Positions 30,971-50,535 of a DNA stretch of 64,000 bases are shown piece by piece. Source of the DNA: the human T2T-CHM13v2.0 reference genome, Homo sapiens. Below the pieces are notes generated by a model. It was not told the origin of the DNA. It did no database searches and saw only the letters and a list, made by a program, of their open reading frames with translations. A program made the translations under genes and the position numbers. Positions within the stretch are counted from its first letter, which is position 1. The number at the start of each line of letters is the position of its first letter. Location of the stretch: assembly GCF_009914755.1 (NCBI RefSeq), contig NC_060929.1. One strand, 5' to 3'.

Positions 30971-32341
30971 AACCTGTATTGAGCGTCTATCTATGCCAGG
31001 TACTAGAGAGCTGGCTGTTCCTCTTTTATTCCTTTTAAAAATCCAGTTCTGCATTGAATTGTGTGTGTTCCTGCTGGGTATCAAGCTGGGCACTAGGGGT
31101 CCAAAGGCGAAACATCATAGCCCCTAACCTTAAGGGGTTGCAGGCTGGTGGGAGATAGAACGCTGAAAATATAATATTGCAGCTGAGGTGAGAAATGCTG
31201 CAGCTGAGGCTTTAACATGGTCTCAGGGAGGCCAGTGCAGAGAAGAGGGTATATGCATTGGGTGTGAATTATGAGCAGGAGTTTGTCAGGCCAAGAAGAC
31301 GGAATGGAATTGGCACAGGAACAAGGACAAATTGTACCATATTCAGGGGCAGGTGGCTGAGAGGGTGAGGAAGGTCATGAAGGAACAGGGGCTGTGAGCC
31401 TAAGGAAGAGGGGACTGGGGCACACTGTCTTCAGACTTCCAGGGAGCTGAGCAGCCACATGCCTTGAGAGAAGGGAGGCAGAGACTTCACCACTGATGGC
31501 AGTGACCGGGCAGGCACCATAGTGAGGGAGTGGCCTCTGGGGTGCTAGGGGCATATGGGGCACCCCCAGCAGAAACCTCCTCTTTGAACATCTGCATTGG
31601 CATCCACATAAGATGTCTCCTGAAGAAAAGGTTGCGTGGCCAGAGGCAGTTTGGAAACCCCAGGCAACCACGCCTAATGGTTAGGTGTGTGGGTGCTAGG
31701 GCTCGACCTCTTGGCAGCGATTCATAGCTCCTCCCAACCACTGTGCTACTGAGGGCAGCATGCCCCTCCAAGCCTCGGTTTTCACACCTGTGAAGTGGGA
31801 TACGCAGGCTGATGTGAGGACTGAATGAGCAGTTTCTGGTCATGCCACAGGCCCTATTCTGAGCACGTTGCCGGTATTGATACTGATCATCCTCTACCAC
31901 TCCTGGAGTTACTTTCTGTTCTTAGCCACATTTTACAGCAGAAACTGAGGCACAGAGAGGTGATATAACTTGCCCAAAGTCAGGCAGTCTAGCAGGATTC
32001 ATGTTCTCAACTGCTAGATTTTCTTCTATGTGGTTTAGCCTCTCTAGGCCTCCGTCTGCTATGTGTAAAATGGGTATGAGAGCAGTGTCTCCATCTGGGG
32101 TCATTGGAGGATTAACAGCATTCCTGTCTGCAAAGTGCACAGCACCTAGTGCCTGGCTTTGGTAAGTGAGTCGTGTGTTTGTGAGTATATTATTGTGCAG
32201 GGTGGAGCGCAGGGCCAGGGTGGTGAGCCCTCCATGAATGTTGGTGAATATTGATACCACTGTTATGGTCCACATGTGAGAGACTGTGTCCTTTGGGGTT
32301 CTGGATGTGACAGTTCTGTTCCCCTTCCTGCCCTCCATTGA

Positions 32342-32956
<615 letters not shown>

Positions 32957-33030
32957 TAAAAGACAGTCCCACTCTGCTTCCTGTCCTGCCAGTTGGTTCT
33001 TATTAATTGTCTTATTAGAAGCAAGTATCA

Positions 33031-33413
<383 letters not shown>

Positions 33414-33640
33414 TTAAGTTTGTATAATATGTATGGAAGAAGACATCCAGACAAAGATGGGAGCTGTACAATGCTGTTTGTCTGCCTTTAATTTAAATAT
33501 GATTTTTAACTCTTAAAAATGTTTATGTTAATGTCAGAGCGCCTACAAAACTCTTAAAATAAGGATGAGAGCTTGAATCATGCATGAGGCAGATTTTAAC
33601 TGAGGTGTAAGTAGACAGTGGAATGCATGTGTTTAATTCA

Positions 33641-33961
<321 letters not shown>

Positions 33962-35101
33962 TTACTAAACAAAACTGTGTAAAAGTACTTTGCAGACCAC
34001 AAGATTTTACACACATGTGAACTGTCATTGTGAGAAACAGCCTACAAATTAAGACCATTAAACAATCTTTAAAATACAGTTTTCATCTACTCACTATTTT
34101 ATTTAAACTTATTCGCAAAGGAGATGGCATCCTAGTGTAAATAGGAAATCCGGATCAGTTGCCATAAATAGAGGGCAACCATAACAATAAATCCAATGAA
34201 AACAAAACAGGGGGATTAAATTCTAGAGACATTCTGCTGCCTGCTGACAGCCTGTCCTCTCTTATAGGAGATTAGCAAGTGTTAGAAACATATTAGCACC
34301 AAACCCAGGCTTGTCTTTGATGTTAGCAGGAGGCTTTAAAAAGAGACTTGTAAGAGGAATTCTGAAATCTCTGGTAGGGGTTGGCCCTGGGGCCTGGAAG
34401 GAGGGTCCTGGTGGCATTCATCGCCCTGCCTTGGTCAGGAGTGAACTTTGCTCTTCCTTACACCTCTAGAGAAGAGCAGAATGGATGACATTCGGGAGCA
34501 GGCACTGTCTGGGGAGTTAAGACCTAATTTGAATCGAGTCCTAATTTGACCCTAATGAACTAGGTGACTTGGGCAGGTCCCCTCCCATGCCTGAGCCTCA
34601 GCTATAAAATGATGAAATGGGGTGAATGGGAAGTTTTCAGGCTATTTCCTGGTGCCCAGGGGTCTCCCATAGGTGCCTGGATAGCTGGGGTGGGGGTTAG
34701 GGGGATGTTTTGGTGCCAGGCTCAGCCCTCCAGGCTCCACCTTAGTTGCTCCAGCGGTGCTGCTTTGCGCTGCTTTTACGCATTGTGTTTCCTCCTGAAA
34801 TTCCATTCTCTTAAAGGCTCTCCTGTTTAAAGAACGTTTTAGCCTTCCAGTCTAAGTCTTCATGCAGTGCCACCACCTGCCTCTGGCAAGGTAGATTGCT
34901 CTGTGTTCTACTCGAGGTGTTCTTCCAGTGGCCCAAGCTCATTTTCTCCTGCAGGAACCCAGGTTCTTGCTGTCTGTCCAGTGAGTTCTGGAGAGACTGT
35001 GGTCCAGGGTCAGGTTGAGCCTGAGGAGATCAGGTTCCTGGGCTCACTGTGTTCCTATAAGCCCTGAATTTCTCTCTCTTATTAATTTTCCGTATTTTAA
35101 A

Positions 35102-35403
35102 TTTTTTTTTTTTTTTTTTTTTTTTGAGATAGAGTCTTACTCTGCCACCCAGGCTGGAGTGCAGTGGCGGGATCACAGCTCACTTAAGTGATCCTAAGCA
35201 CAAGCAATCCTCCCACCTCAGCCTCCTGAGTAGCTGGGATCACAGGCACATGCCACCATACCCAGCTTACCCAGCTAGTTTTTTGTAGAGCCCAGGTTTT
35301 GCCATATTGCCCAGGCCGATCTGGAACTCCTGGAGTCAAGTGCTGCACCCACCTTGGCCTCCCAAAGTGCTGGGTTTATGAGCATGAGCCACCGCACCTG
35401 GCC
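35102..35403 (-). mobile_element. AluJ-like element
   Basis: Poly-T plus diverged Alu body. Confidence 0.9.
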
Positions 35404-36028
35404 CTATTTTTTCTATTTTTAAAGTGAAAGGAATGATAGCAGTTTGAAGCCATTTCTATAGAACAATAGAAATAGAAAAATAGGATACAAACCAAAAATA
35501 CAAATAGAGGCACCCTCTTTCACACACTCAGCTCAGTCCAGATTGCAAAGTGCTTCTCCAGCCACAATCCTACTTGCCTTAAACATTTTTGTGAATAAGA
35601 AAGGGCAGAGTTTTTTTTTTTTCTTTAATCCCAAGCACAGCCTACAACAGAGCCCTTCTTTCAGAGACATGAATGTCGCCTCATTAGCTTGTACAGTACT
35701 GGCTGTACAGCGCAATTTAAATAATACCAATAGCAGCTGCCTATTCAGGGCTTGGTGAGTCCTTGTGCTTAGCCCTTTCTGGCCGTTGCTTCATTGGGTC
35801 CTTACAGCAGCCCTGTGAGGTGGGTATTGTTCTGAGTCCCATTTAACAGAGGTGGGCACTGAGGCTCAGGGAGTTGAGGTAACTTGCCCAAGGCCACACA
35901 GCTGGAGCATGCACGTCCACCAGGCGGTGCACGGCCCTGGTAAGATGCTGATGGTGACTACATTGCCTGGGGAGGGCCAGGACTTTTAGTTTGTAAAGTG
36001 TTCTGATAGCTGGCTCTTACAGGTTTCT

Positions 36029-36342
36029 TTTTTCTTTTTCTCTCTTTTTTTTTTTTTTTTTGAGATGGAGTTTCATTCTTGTTGCCCAGGCTGGAGTGCA
36101 GTGACGTTATCTCGGCTCCTGCAACCTCCGCCTCCTGGGTTCAAGCAATTCTTCTGCCTCAGCCTCCCGAATAGCTGGGATTACAGGCGCCTGCCACCAC
36201 ACCTGGCTAATTTTGTATTTTTAGTAGAGACAGGGTTTCACCATGTTGGTCAGGCTGGTTTTGAACTCCTGACCTCAGGTGATCTGCCTGCCTCAGCCTC
36301 CCAGGGTGCTGGGATTACAGGCATGAGCCACTGCACCTGGCG
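36029..36342 (-). mobile_element. Alu
   Basis: 17-bp TSD ggctcttacaggtttct (36012-36028 / 36342-36358). Confidence 0.95.
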
Positions 36343-37068
36343 GCTCTTACAGGTTTCTGAGCTGCTTTGTGGCTCGTGTGTCCTAACCCCAGAGTACACC
36401 TGTGTGTTTGTTTCACAAGTGTCAGTGTCCCCTCATTGACTCGAAGAGTACTGGGTGCACGGTGCGCGGGAAGACCGCATTGCTGGGCACACAGTGTCCC
36501 ATCCTTGGAAAGGGTATGGCCCTTTAAAGTCAGCACTGCATTCCATCAGCAAAGAGAAATCCTCCACATTTGATAGATGAAGACACAGGCTTACAGCGGC
36601 AGTGACCACAGACGTAGCATTGGCCACCATTTTTCATCACTTACCAGATGTGAGGCAGTTTTACGTACAATATCTTTTTTACAATTGTTTAATCTTTTTA
36701 GAGCAGGGTCTTACAGTTGGACCTGTGTTGGATTCTAACTGCTGGGCTCAAGCAATCCTCCTGCCTTAGCCTCCCGAATAGCTGGCATACATGCGGTTAT
36801 CTTACTTGATTCTTCCAAGAGCCTTATGAGGGAGATATTATCATCCCTGTTTTACATTTGATGAAACCAAGGCCTAGAGGAATGTGAAGCCTTTTCAAGG
36901 ACACATAGCAGAGCTGGGTAGGATTCTAGATTTTCCCTTGCCAGAGGCCTGGCGGACGGCAGCATAGGGCTGGTTTCAAGAGTATGTGATCTGTGCAGCC
37001 ACACAGAGCCCCACGCTCAGAGGGAGCCCATTATGTGGTTTAATGCCTGCTGTTGCCTTCTTGACATT

Positions 37069-37368
37069 CTTTTTTTTTTGAGACGGAATCTCGCTCTGTC
37101 ACCCAGGCTGGAGTGATCTTGGCTCCAGTGGTGCGATCTCGGCTCACTGCACCTCCGCCTCCCGGGTTCAAGCGATTCTCCTGCCTCAGCTTCCCAAGTA
37201 GCTGGGATTACAGGCTCGTGCCACCATGCCCGGCTAATTTTTGTATTTCCAGTAGAGACTGGGTTTTGCCATGTTGGCCAGGCTGGTCTTGAACTCCTGA
37301 CCTCAAGTGATCCACCCACCTCAGCTTCCCAAACTGCTGGGATTACAGGCATGAGCCACCACGCCGTC
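37069..37368 (-). mobile_element. Alu inserted in a probable MER91-like hAT fragment (~36970-37420)
   Basis: TSD cttgacattcttt. Confidence 0.9.
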
Positions 37369-37488
37369 CTTGACATTCTTTATAATTTTTGAACAAGGGA
37401 TTTCCACGTTTTTTCACTGCCCTCAGTGGGAAAAGCAGGGAGCTCCTGGCTTTCCCTCACTCATTCCTTTCTCCCCTGCCTGTCCTAG

Positions 37489-37602
<114 letters not shown>

Positions 37603-38344
37603 TAGCAACTTCCAGGACTCCTCAGCACCCAAACCCTCAAAGCACCCATCCATGAGGGCAGCGGGTGGGTTTACTGGCCCACATTAGAGGCAGAGGTGAC
37701 CCCTCTGCCCCCGTGGAGCCAACAGCCTACAAGAGCAGTCACAACCCAGGCAGAGGCCATCTGGGGACAACAGCAGCGGCAGCAACAGCAGCCGCTTGTC
37801 CCTCCCTGTCCTTTCGGGCTGAGCTGGCCTGGGTGGGGCATCTTCTCCCTCTTGCCTCTCCCTCCTATCTTTTACAATTATGTGTATTATTTCTGCTTAT
37901 AAAAGAAGCTGGTTGAGTTTTAAGAACATTACAGAAACATGTAGCATAGAAAGTGAAGATGCCCTGTAATTGTACCCACCTTGGATGACCAGTGTCATGG
38001 GTTTATTTTAGAGTCCTAAGGGTTGAGGGTGAGGGCTATAGGTTGCTTGGTGCGCACTTTCCTTCCTCTTTGGGGCTCTCTCACTTGCTGTCCTCTCTTC
38101 ATCTGCTGTCCTTCAGGGACTGGGCAGAACCCCTCAGCTGGTCATCTGCAGTGACCATTCCCCCTAGCTGCCTTCTGCCCAGGCCTCAGTGAGACAACCT
38201 CTCTTGAATTCTAAGAAAACCATTTATTCAATAATTCAGCAGATGGAGGGGTATATGCAACATAGCCCCAAAGCCAAATAGGAGTGATCCTGGGTTGTCT
38301 GTCTGTATTTTTTATATTCTTTTTAAAATTTTTTATATATTTTT

Positions 38345-38946
<602 letters not shown>

Positions 38947-39391
38947 TGTTTTTTATATTCATAACCCTTAGCATATCAGAGGTGGTTATAGTAATATGTC
39001 TGAGATAGAGGGTCAAACATCCTGTATATATACAAAGAGCTTCCATAGATAATTAGATAAAAGACAAGTGACCTGATTTGGATCATTGGAATAGAATCAG
39101 AGCAGGTATGTCAGAGGTAGAAGAAACCCTTGAGATCATTGACTCCAGACCCTGAATTGTGCAGATGGTCCCAAGGATCTAGAGAGCAGATAGTCTTGGC
39201 CAAGGTCCCCCACTGAGTCAAGGGCACACTCTAGACTAGAATTCAGGGCTCTGGGCTGGGGCTCTGTCTGCTCCTGTGCTGTAGCCCAGATAACTCTTCC
39301 AGGCAGCTCCTGGGTGGGCTCTGGCCATGCTCTCCCATCCCCAGGCACAGGCCCAGGTTAGAGGGCCTCATGGCCCAGTGGGTGGTTCTGA

Positions 39392-39673
<282 letters not shown>

Positions 39674-40243
39674 TAACACCTCTGGGCCAGGGCCAAGGGA
39701 GAGCTGCCTTTATAGCCACTGTCTCCTTGAAGCCCCAAGAGAATAACCCCTTTACAGACAAGAAACCAAGGCTCAGGGAGGTCACACCAGCTACTAAGAG
39801 GTCCAGCTGGGACTTAAACTCAGGCCATTTGTTTCCTGTGCCCAAGCTCTTACTAGAAGGGGAGGCTCTGGAAAGCTGGAAGAGGTGGTCAATGAGGAGG
39901 GAACGAGCCCTAGGTGCTAGGTAGAATGAAGAGAAGGTAGGAAAGGCCCTCGTCCTTGTCCCTCACTACAGGGTACTTGAGTCCTTTGTGCTAGAGGCAT
40001 GTGCACCGGACCAAGAGTCAGGAGACCTGGGTTCTAATCCCAGCTCTGCCAGTTGCCCACACTGAGATTCTGGGCACATTCCTTGCCCTCCCAGGCCTCA
40101 GCTTCCCATCTTACCATGAAGTCTCAGACCAGCAGCCATGCCGACCTAACCTCTGATTTCTCTCTCCCATTCTACAAAGGGGGGATAAGGCCCAAAGGGG
40201 AAGGACCCCTATGCTCACCCTGGCCTGGTCATCCTCTCCCTAG

Positions 40244-40507
<264 letters not shown>

Positions 40508-40747
40508 TAAGCACGGCTCTGGTTTGCTGGCTTAGGGGTTGCAGATCAGCTTCTGCTGCCTCCTCTGGCACCCGAGGCTCTCTGCCCCAGGGAAGGTGGG
40601 CTGCCACTCCGACCCCTTTCATGAGCTCTTTCTTAGCTTTTGTGACAGAGGATCAAGCAATAATCAGCATTCTTGAAAGAGGTTTCTGATGAGGATGTGG
40701 GACAGGGCTCTGTTACAGTCTTTTTGCTGATTAAAAATTTTTTTCTT

Positions 40748-41493
<746 letters not shown>

Positions 41494-41529
41494 TAGTGGC
41501 AGGAGACAGACCATATGCTCATGCATGTG

Positions 41530-42497
41530 TGTTGTGGGAAGTCAGGGACCCCGAACAGAGGGACTGGCTGAAGCCATGGCAGAAGAACATAAATTGTGAA
41601 GATTTCATGGACATTTATCGCTTCCCCAATCAATACTCTTGTGATTTCCTATGCCTGTCTTTACTTTAATCTCTTAATCCCGTCATCTTCATAAGCTGAG
41701 GATGAATGTCGTCTCAGGACCCTGTGATGATTGTGTTAACTGCACAAATTGTTTAAACAATATGAAATCTGGGAACCTTGAAAAAAGAACAGGATAACAG
41801 CGATGTTCAGGGAACAAGGGAGATAACCTTAAAGTCTGGCTGCCTGTGGGCCAGGTGGAACAGAGCCATATTTCTCTTCTTTCAAAAGCAAATAGGAGAA
41901 ATATCGCTGAATTCTTTTTCTCAGCAAGAAACATCCCTAAGAAGAGAATGCGTTCCCAAGAGGAGGTCTCTGAAATGGCCGCTTTGGGAACGTTTGTCTT
42001 TTACAGTTGTTGATAAGGGATGAAATAAGCCCCGGTCTCCCATAGCGCTCCCAGGCTTATTAGGACAAGGAAGTTCCCACCTAACAAATTTTGGTCAGAC
42101 TGGTTGTCTGCTCTCAAACCCTGTCTGCTGATAAGATGTTATCAATGACAATGTGTGCCCGAAACTTCATTAGCAATTTTAATTTCGCCCCGTCCTGTGA
42201 TCTCGCCCTGCCTCCATTTGCTTTGTGATATTTTATTACATTGGGAAGCATGTGATCTCTGTGACCCACACCCTATTCGTACGCTCCCTCCCCTTTCGAA
42301 AATCACTAATAAAAACTTGCTGGTTTTGTGACTTGGGGGTCATCACAGGACCTGCCAACATGTGACATCTCCCCTGGACACCCAGCTTTAAAATTTCTCT
42401 CTTCTGTACTCTTTCCCTTTATTTCTCAGACTGACAGACACTTAGGGAAAATAGAAAAGGACCCATGCTGAATATCGGGGGTTGGTTTCCCCCAATA
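41530..42497 (+). mobile_element. MER11-family solo LTR (HERV-K11/HML-8)
   Basis: Begins tgttgtgggaagtcagggaccccgaac, ends gttggtttcccccaata; 6-bp TSD catgtg (41524-41529 / 42498-42503); AATAAA at 42308. Confidence 0.9.
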
Positions 42498-42503
42498 CAT
42501 GTG

Positions 42504-43200
42504 TAAAATATACAGTGGTCAGATGGTGATGAGTGCCACGGACAAAGTTAAGCAGGGAATGGAAGGAAGGAATGCTGGCAAGAGAAGCTGGTTTAAATAA
42601 GGTGGCTAGGTGGGCCTTCCTGGAATAAGCCACGCTGCCACATGAGGAAGAGCACTCAAGGCAGAGAACACAAGTGCAAAGGCCCTGAAGCGGGCTGTGC
42701 TGGCTGTGTTTGAAGGCCAAATAGGAGGCCGGGATGGCTGGAGGGGAGTGAGGGATGGTGGTAGATGAGGTCGGGGTGGGTGATGGACCAGATCGATAGG
42801 GCCATGTAAGGCCAGCCATTGGATGGCCATGGGCTTTTAGGCTGAGATGGGAAGGTTTTGAATGGAGCATGATCTGACTCATCTTTGAAAGGGATTTCTA
42901 TCATTCTGGCTGTTGTGTGGAGCAGAGACTGTAGGGGACAAAAGTGGCAGCAGGGAGACCAGTTAGGAGGCACTGCAGTCTTCCAGACCAGAGGTGGCAG
43001 CAGCTTGGACCAGGGCCCAATGTTGGGATGTGGCCATACTCTGGGCTTAGAATAGTTAGGCCTGTGGTTAGATGAGTTAGATATAGGGTGTGGGAGGAAG
43101 AGAGGAGTCCAAGATGACTGCAGGGTTTTTAGTCTGAGGTGCTGGAAGGATGAGTTGTCATCAGTTGAGCTGGGGCAGCAGTGGGTAGGCAAGGTTTGTA
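42504..43200 (-). mobile_element. L2 fragment, continuing ~41425-41523 and split by the LTR
   Basis: caagtgcaaaggccctga...gcatgatctgact...tctggctgttgtgtggag...ggagtccaagatgact. Confidence 0.75.
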
Positions 43201-43678
43201 CATTTGTCCATCAGTCCATCCATCCATCCACTGACCTCAGCACCAGGCCCTCGTGCTGAACTCCAGGCACTCCTTTAGGTCCTCAACCCTGAACTCCAGG
43301 GATGAGGTGGTGACAAGGCAGGCCCATTCCCTGCTCCCTTGGAGCTCACAGTTTCATGAGGGGAGACAGACGACAAATGGCTAAGCCAGTGTGTGACAAC
43401 GAGTGTCACCAGGTGAGGTTCTAATGTTGCAAGGGGGCTTGCAGAACATGTCTGGGATTGCTGCTTCAGAGAGGGCCAGGCAGGGGCCGTGGCTGCAGCA
43501 GTCCCAAGTTTCCAGAAACATTCCCACTCTGTTACTTTGAGGCCTGCTCATTTTGTGCAGAGAATAGCAGTGAAGTTTGTAAAATGGCAAGGGCCTGTAG
43601 TTCACTGGGGGGAACGCTGTGCTGTAGGCTGCACCCAAGGGTAGGGGCTGTGCGACCACATGGAGACTGCCTTTCTGA

Positions 43679-44002
<324 letters not shown>

Positions 44003-44589
44003 TGAGTGAGTGCCTGGCAGTTGGGAGACCCACTCTCCAGCACTGGCCCTGCCTCGGCTGTGTGACCTTGGCTAAAGAATCCGAGCATGCTTTTTTTTTC
44101 CTTTCCTAATCATGTACTTTAATACAAAAGTGTTGGCATTTTTATGCATGTTCCCTTCAGTCTTTGCTCATGTGTGTATACACACATACACAGATACACA
44201 CACATATATGAACAACATTTGAGTTTTCTAGGTCTCGCTTTCCTTATTTGTAAAATGCAAACAATTACCTCTGCTTTAATAATATTAAATAAACTTCAAG
44301 TGGTGGTTGTTATTCAGCTCTGTGGGCTGAGTACTCTTTATCTTCCATGCACCCCACCCCTAACATTTACAAAATAAAACCCAAATAGCTCCCACATTGG
44401 GTCTGCTTTCCATTTCAGGATTGTAATATTTGGGGTCAGTCAGGCCTGGTTCGTCTGTCACCTCATCCAAGTACTCGCAGCGAGTTTGTTGACAGCGCCA
44501 GCGTAACTTCCACTGGTCATCAGGAGCCTTGCAAGCTAAGGCAGGGTCAGAAGGGTCAGAGTTGGCGGTGAGGGTGGCTCAGACACTGA

Positions 44590-44928
<339 letters not shown>

Positions 44929-45076
44929 TAAACTCAGGTCCCCATCTACTTACCAGCATGGGTGCGTTCACTCCTTTGCACACATGCATGCTCATACATG
45001 TACATACTTCCCCACGCAGACCTACATGCATGCAGTCATACATAGCCTTGGAAAAAACAGTGTTAAAAAAACGAGT

Positions 45077-45371
45077 GGGCTGGACGCAGTGGTTCACCCC
45101 TATAATCCCAATACTTTAGGAGGCCAAGGTGGCTGGATTGCTTGAACCCAGGAGTTCAAGATCAGCCTGGGCAATATGGCGAAACCCTGTCTCTACAAAA
45201 AATACAAAAATTAGCCGGGCATGATGGTGCGCATCTATAGTCCCAGCTACTCGTGAGGCAGAGGTGGGAGGATCAGTTGAGCCTAGAGGTTGAGGCTGCA
45301 GTGAGCTGTGATCACACCACTGTACTCCAGCCTGGGCAACAGAGTGAGACCCTGTTTCAAAAACAAAAAAC
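45077..45371 (+). mobile_element. AluJ-like element
   Basis: Sense Alu with A-rich tail. Confidence 0.9.
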
Positions 45372-45594
45372 AACTCCAAGTGAACACAGTGCAGACAAAG
45401 TACAGAAAGTGAATGCGTTGTCTTGGTCAGGCTCTTAGATAATCTCTTGTATCTCTTCTAACTCCAGCAGGCTCTGAGTGGGAAAAGGGATTGATGGGAG
45501 GGTTTGGGGGCCAGTTTTTGGGAAAGTCTGCTCCTACGGGCTTTTAAAAAGTGGAAGCAGAAGCTGGAATTGGTGACAGTCTCATAGTTCAGAC

Positions 45595-45835
45595 CAGGAG
45601 TCCACAAACCGTGACTCATGGGCCAAAACCAGCCTGAGACCTGTTTTTGTAAAGAACGTTTTATTGGCAGACAGCCACGCTCATTCTTGTATCTACTGTC
45701 TATAGCTGCTTTCATGCTATGACGGCAGAGTCGAGTAGTTGCAATGGAAACTTCCATGCCCCAAACCTAAAATATTTACTAAACACTTACCAAAAGATTA
45801 ATTAAACTTTATAGGAAGCGTTTCTTGACCCCCTG
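45595..45835. mobile_element. MER58A-like hAT-Charlie MITE
   Basis: cagg...cctg termini; perfect 8-bp TSD gttcagac (45587-45594 / 45836-45843). Confidence 0.8.
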
Positions 45836-46113
45836 GTTCAGACGCAGCTTGTCCAGTTAAATTCAACAAGTGCTTATGAGTTCCTGTTACGTGCTAAGGG
45901 GCATTTTGCGAGCTCTTTGGGGGACATGAAACTGACCAGAAGTGGAGCCTGCCTGTCAGTGGCTCAGTGTCTGGGGGTGGGGATGTGACAAGGACACATG
46001 TAGCATGTAGGTATCATGCCCATTGGGCTGTAAGGGCCACATATCCATGTGCAGTGGGAGTCCACTGACTGGGTTCTGGGGCGCCCCACACATCCCTTCC
46101 ACTGTTGTTTTAG

Positions 46114-46227
<114 letters not shown>

Positions 46228-47264
46228 TGACCGAGCTTCCCCAACTGCCTGCTGTCTCAGCCACAGAATTCTGAGGACTGCCTTGCCCTGGCCCCACTCC
46301 CGGATAATTTGCTCCCTCTTTCCCAGGAAGTAGGAATGAAGTTGGGGTGAACACAAATTGCCTGTCAGTATGGAGGGGAAAGAGGTGGAGGAGGGGCCTG
46401 GAGTTCTCCTATTTATCCTGAACCATAGCCTCAGGGAGCTCTCCCTGCATTATCCTGGGAGTCTCCAAGTCCAGTCAGAGAAGCCCAGATCAGTTGCTCT
46501 GCTAGTTTGAGTAATGCCAAGCAAAACTGGTACAAAGAGGACTGTGATCAATTAGCTATGTCTGCCAGAGGTGCAGTAGGGAGAAGCAGTGACATGATTG
46601 CTAAGCATTTGTCATCCATACAACCCTGCAAGGCACAAATGGGCACTCCCATTTTGTAGACAGAAACTCAAGGTTCAGAGAAGTCAAGTGACTTCCCTTA
46701 ACACATTCAGTTAGGCAATGGCAATTCCAGGCCTGAACTCTGATCTCTGTGACCCTGAAACATATACTCTTAATTGCCAAACTCTATAGCCTCCTTCTCT
46801 TCTGGGCTCTCTCATTATAGCATGTAAACCATAGACTTATACCACAGAAAGTGAATGAACTCACTGAGGAGGAGGTAGGGCAGGGTGCATGAGTGAGCAG
46901 AGGGTATTGGGAAGAAGAGACATAGGAACAAGATTTCTTAGTTCTTTAAGAATTTCACATTAACAGAACTGCAGGGTGACAAACTCCCTTTTCCCTGAGC
47001 TCCTACCAAGTGCCAGAGGACAGAGGCCCAGAGCTGGAAAGGACCAGCTCTTCTGGGATGCTGAGGGGACAGCAGTCAGTTAAACATGGCTACCAGAGTG
47101 CAGTGGTGAGGCAGATTCTGAGGCCACGTCCTCGTTTAGTGAAGAGTGCTGTGATAGATTAGCGATGTCCGTAGTAGGTACAGGAGTTGCGGTGTTCACA
47201 TGCATGCCATATATTTGCCACCCTGGATTTAGTAATTCCTTCATTGCACAGATGAAGAAGCTAA

Positions 47265-47516
<252 letters not shown>

Positions 47517-48134
47517 TGAGTTGGCCTTTCTGTCCACAGCGGGACGGGAAGGCCATCCTGGGGCCTCCCAGGAGTCTGCTGTGGCCACAGCAGGAAGCAG
47601 CTGGAGCTTGCTCACACACAGCTGTCATTCCTGTAAACAGGGACAAAGTGCAGTGACCCTTGAATCATGGTGTGACAGCGTTGTCATAGACAGGACACTC
47701 GATGAGGAGGCCCTTTGCCCCTTTGCTCTACCGCCTGTAGTCAGACGCTGAGGTCGAAGTCCACCCCTCCCTTGCTTGCAGAGAAACATCCTGAGTCTTG
47801 GGGAGGAGAAGGGTTTGCCCAGGGTCCCAAGGTCGGAAATCCAAATGTTCTGGCTCTCCTCACTGCGTGTGGCTGACTGTGAAGCAGAGGTGTTCTTGTG
47901 GGCCCTTCAGGGACAGGTCGCTGGTCTTTGGGCGTCACTTGGGGAAGTCATTAAGATTGCCACTTCCCACCAGAGCCTGCAGAGGTTACCTTTGTAGAGG
48001 TTCCCAGCAGAGGGTCCTAGTAGAGGTTCCCTTAAGGGTGTGGGGGCCAGAGCAGAGATGGTTTTACTCTCCACCTTTTCAGTTGGCATCTTTCTCTATT
48101 TGCCTTTTTTCTTTCTTTTTAAAAAATGTTTCAT

Positions 48135-48620
<486 letters not shown>

Positions 48621-48647
48621 CATCTACCTACATTTCTAACATCTCCA

Positions 48648-48950
48648 CAGTCTCTTGTCTAAAATCTAGTGTGGTCAGATGAATTATTGGAAGTCAACAT
48701 TTTTCAGGTTTTAGAAAGGTAATGTGGTGCGAAACCATATATTTAGTAACATCTTCAGCGACACCTGGGGCAGCACCCTGTTAGCAAATTCATTAATATG
48801 TCTGTAGCAAAGTATGTGAATATTTACACTAAGTAAGAGGAATAAGTCAGGTTTTGTTGCCAAATGGCTTTGCTACAAACCTAGGAAACAAAGCCTGTGT
48901 TTTCAAAGCTTTCTCAATTGAGATATTGTAAACAAAGGATTGTGGACATG
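48648..48950. mobile_element. Old Tigger/MER46C-like DNA transposon fragment
   Basis: caggttttagaaaggtaat...ggggcagcaccctgt...aaaggattgtggac. Confidence 0.5.
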
Positions 48951-49535
48951 CAAAGAAAATTCAGAAAGATGAGAGAAGACGTAATTCCTTGGCCCAATTC
49001 CCAAGAGCTTGATTTTGTAGGTAGGTCTAAAGTGGGGTGCAGGAATCCAGCAGGCCCCCAGAACGCTCTGATGAAGCACATCCTTGGGACCAGCCTGGAT
49101 CAGCCCCACCTCACAGGATAGGATAGGGACCCTGTACCCTTCATGAGAGTGGACTTTGCTTCCCACAAGCCCCAGAAGTTGGACCCTGAGTTTGCATAGG
49201 TAGATTCCCCTGGGAGGGTCTGGAGTGTTCCTTTGGTTTCCAGAGGTTCCTTCATCCAGAGGTGGCCATTGCTCTGGTGGGATATGGGCATTAGTCTGGA
49301 AAGCCGTGCTCACCCACAGCAGGCTGGGGAGGGGTTGTGGGTAGCAGGAGGTCCTGGTCCACAGTGACGGCCTAGAAGGTGTTCCCCCAGGTCAGGAAAG
49401 AAAGTCCGCCCTCTGGAGGCCCCCTCTGCTCTGTGCCAGCCTCCCTGGGGCAGTCCTGGAGCCACTCTGAGCCCCAGCTCGCCCCCTAGAGGCAGAGAGA
49501 GTGACAGCCCTGGCAGTTAAGCCTGGAGCAGCTGA

Positions 49536-50351
<816 letters not shown>

Positions 50352-50535
50352 TGACTATAGCTTCCTCGCTGGACACGGGTGGGAGTGGGAGCTCATGGAA
50401 GGACAAGACACAAGACTGCCATTCACAGTGGAGAAGGCAGGCACCTGACCAAGTGAGGCAGTTACCTGGGCTGTGATACATGGAGAGGGTGTGGATCCAA
50501 GCCCCTATCTGGGGCATGTATGAACCAGAGCTGTC

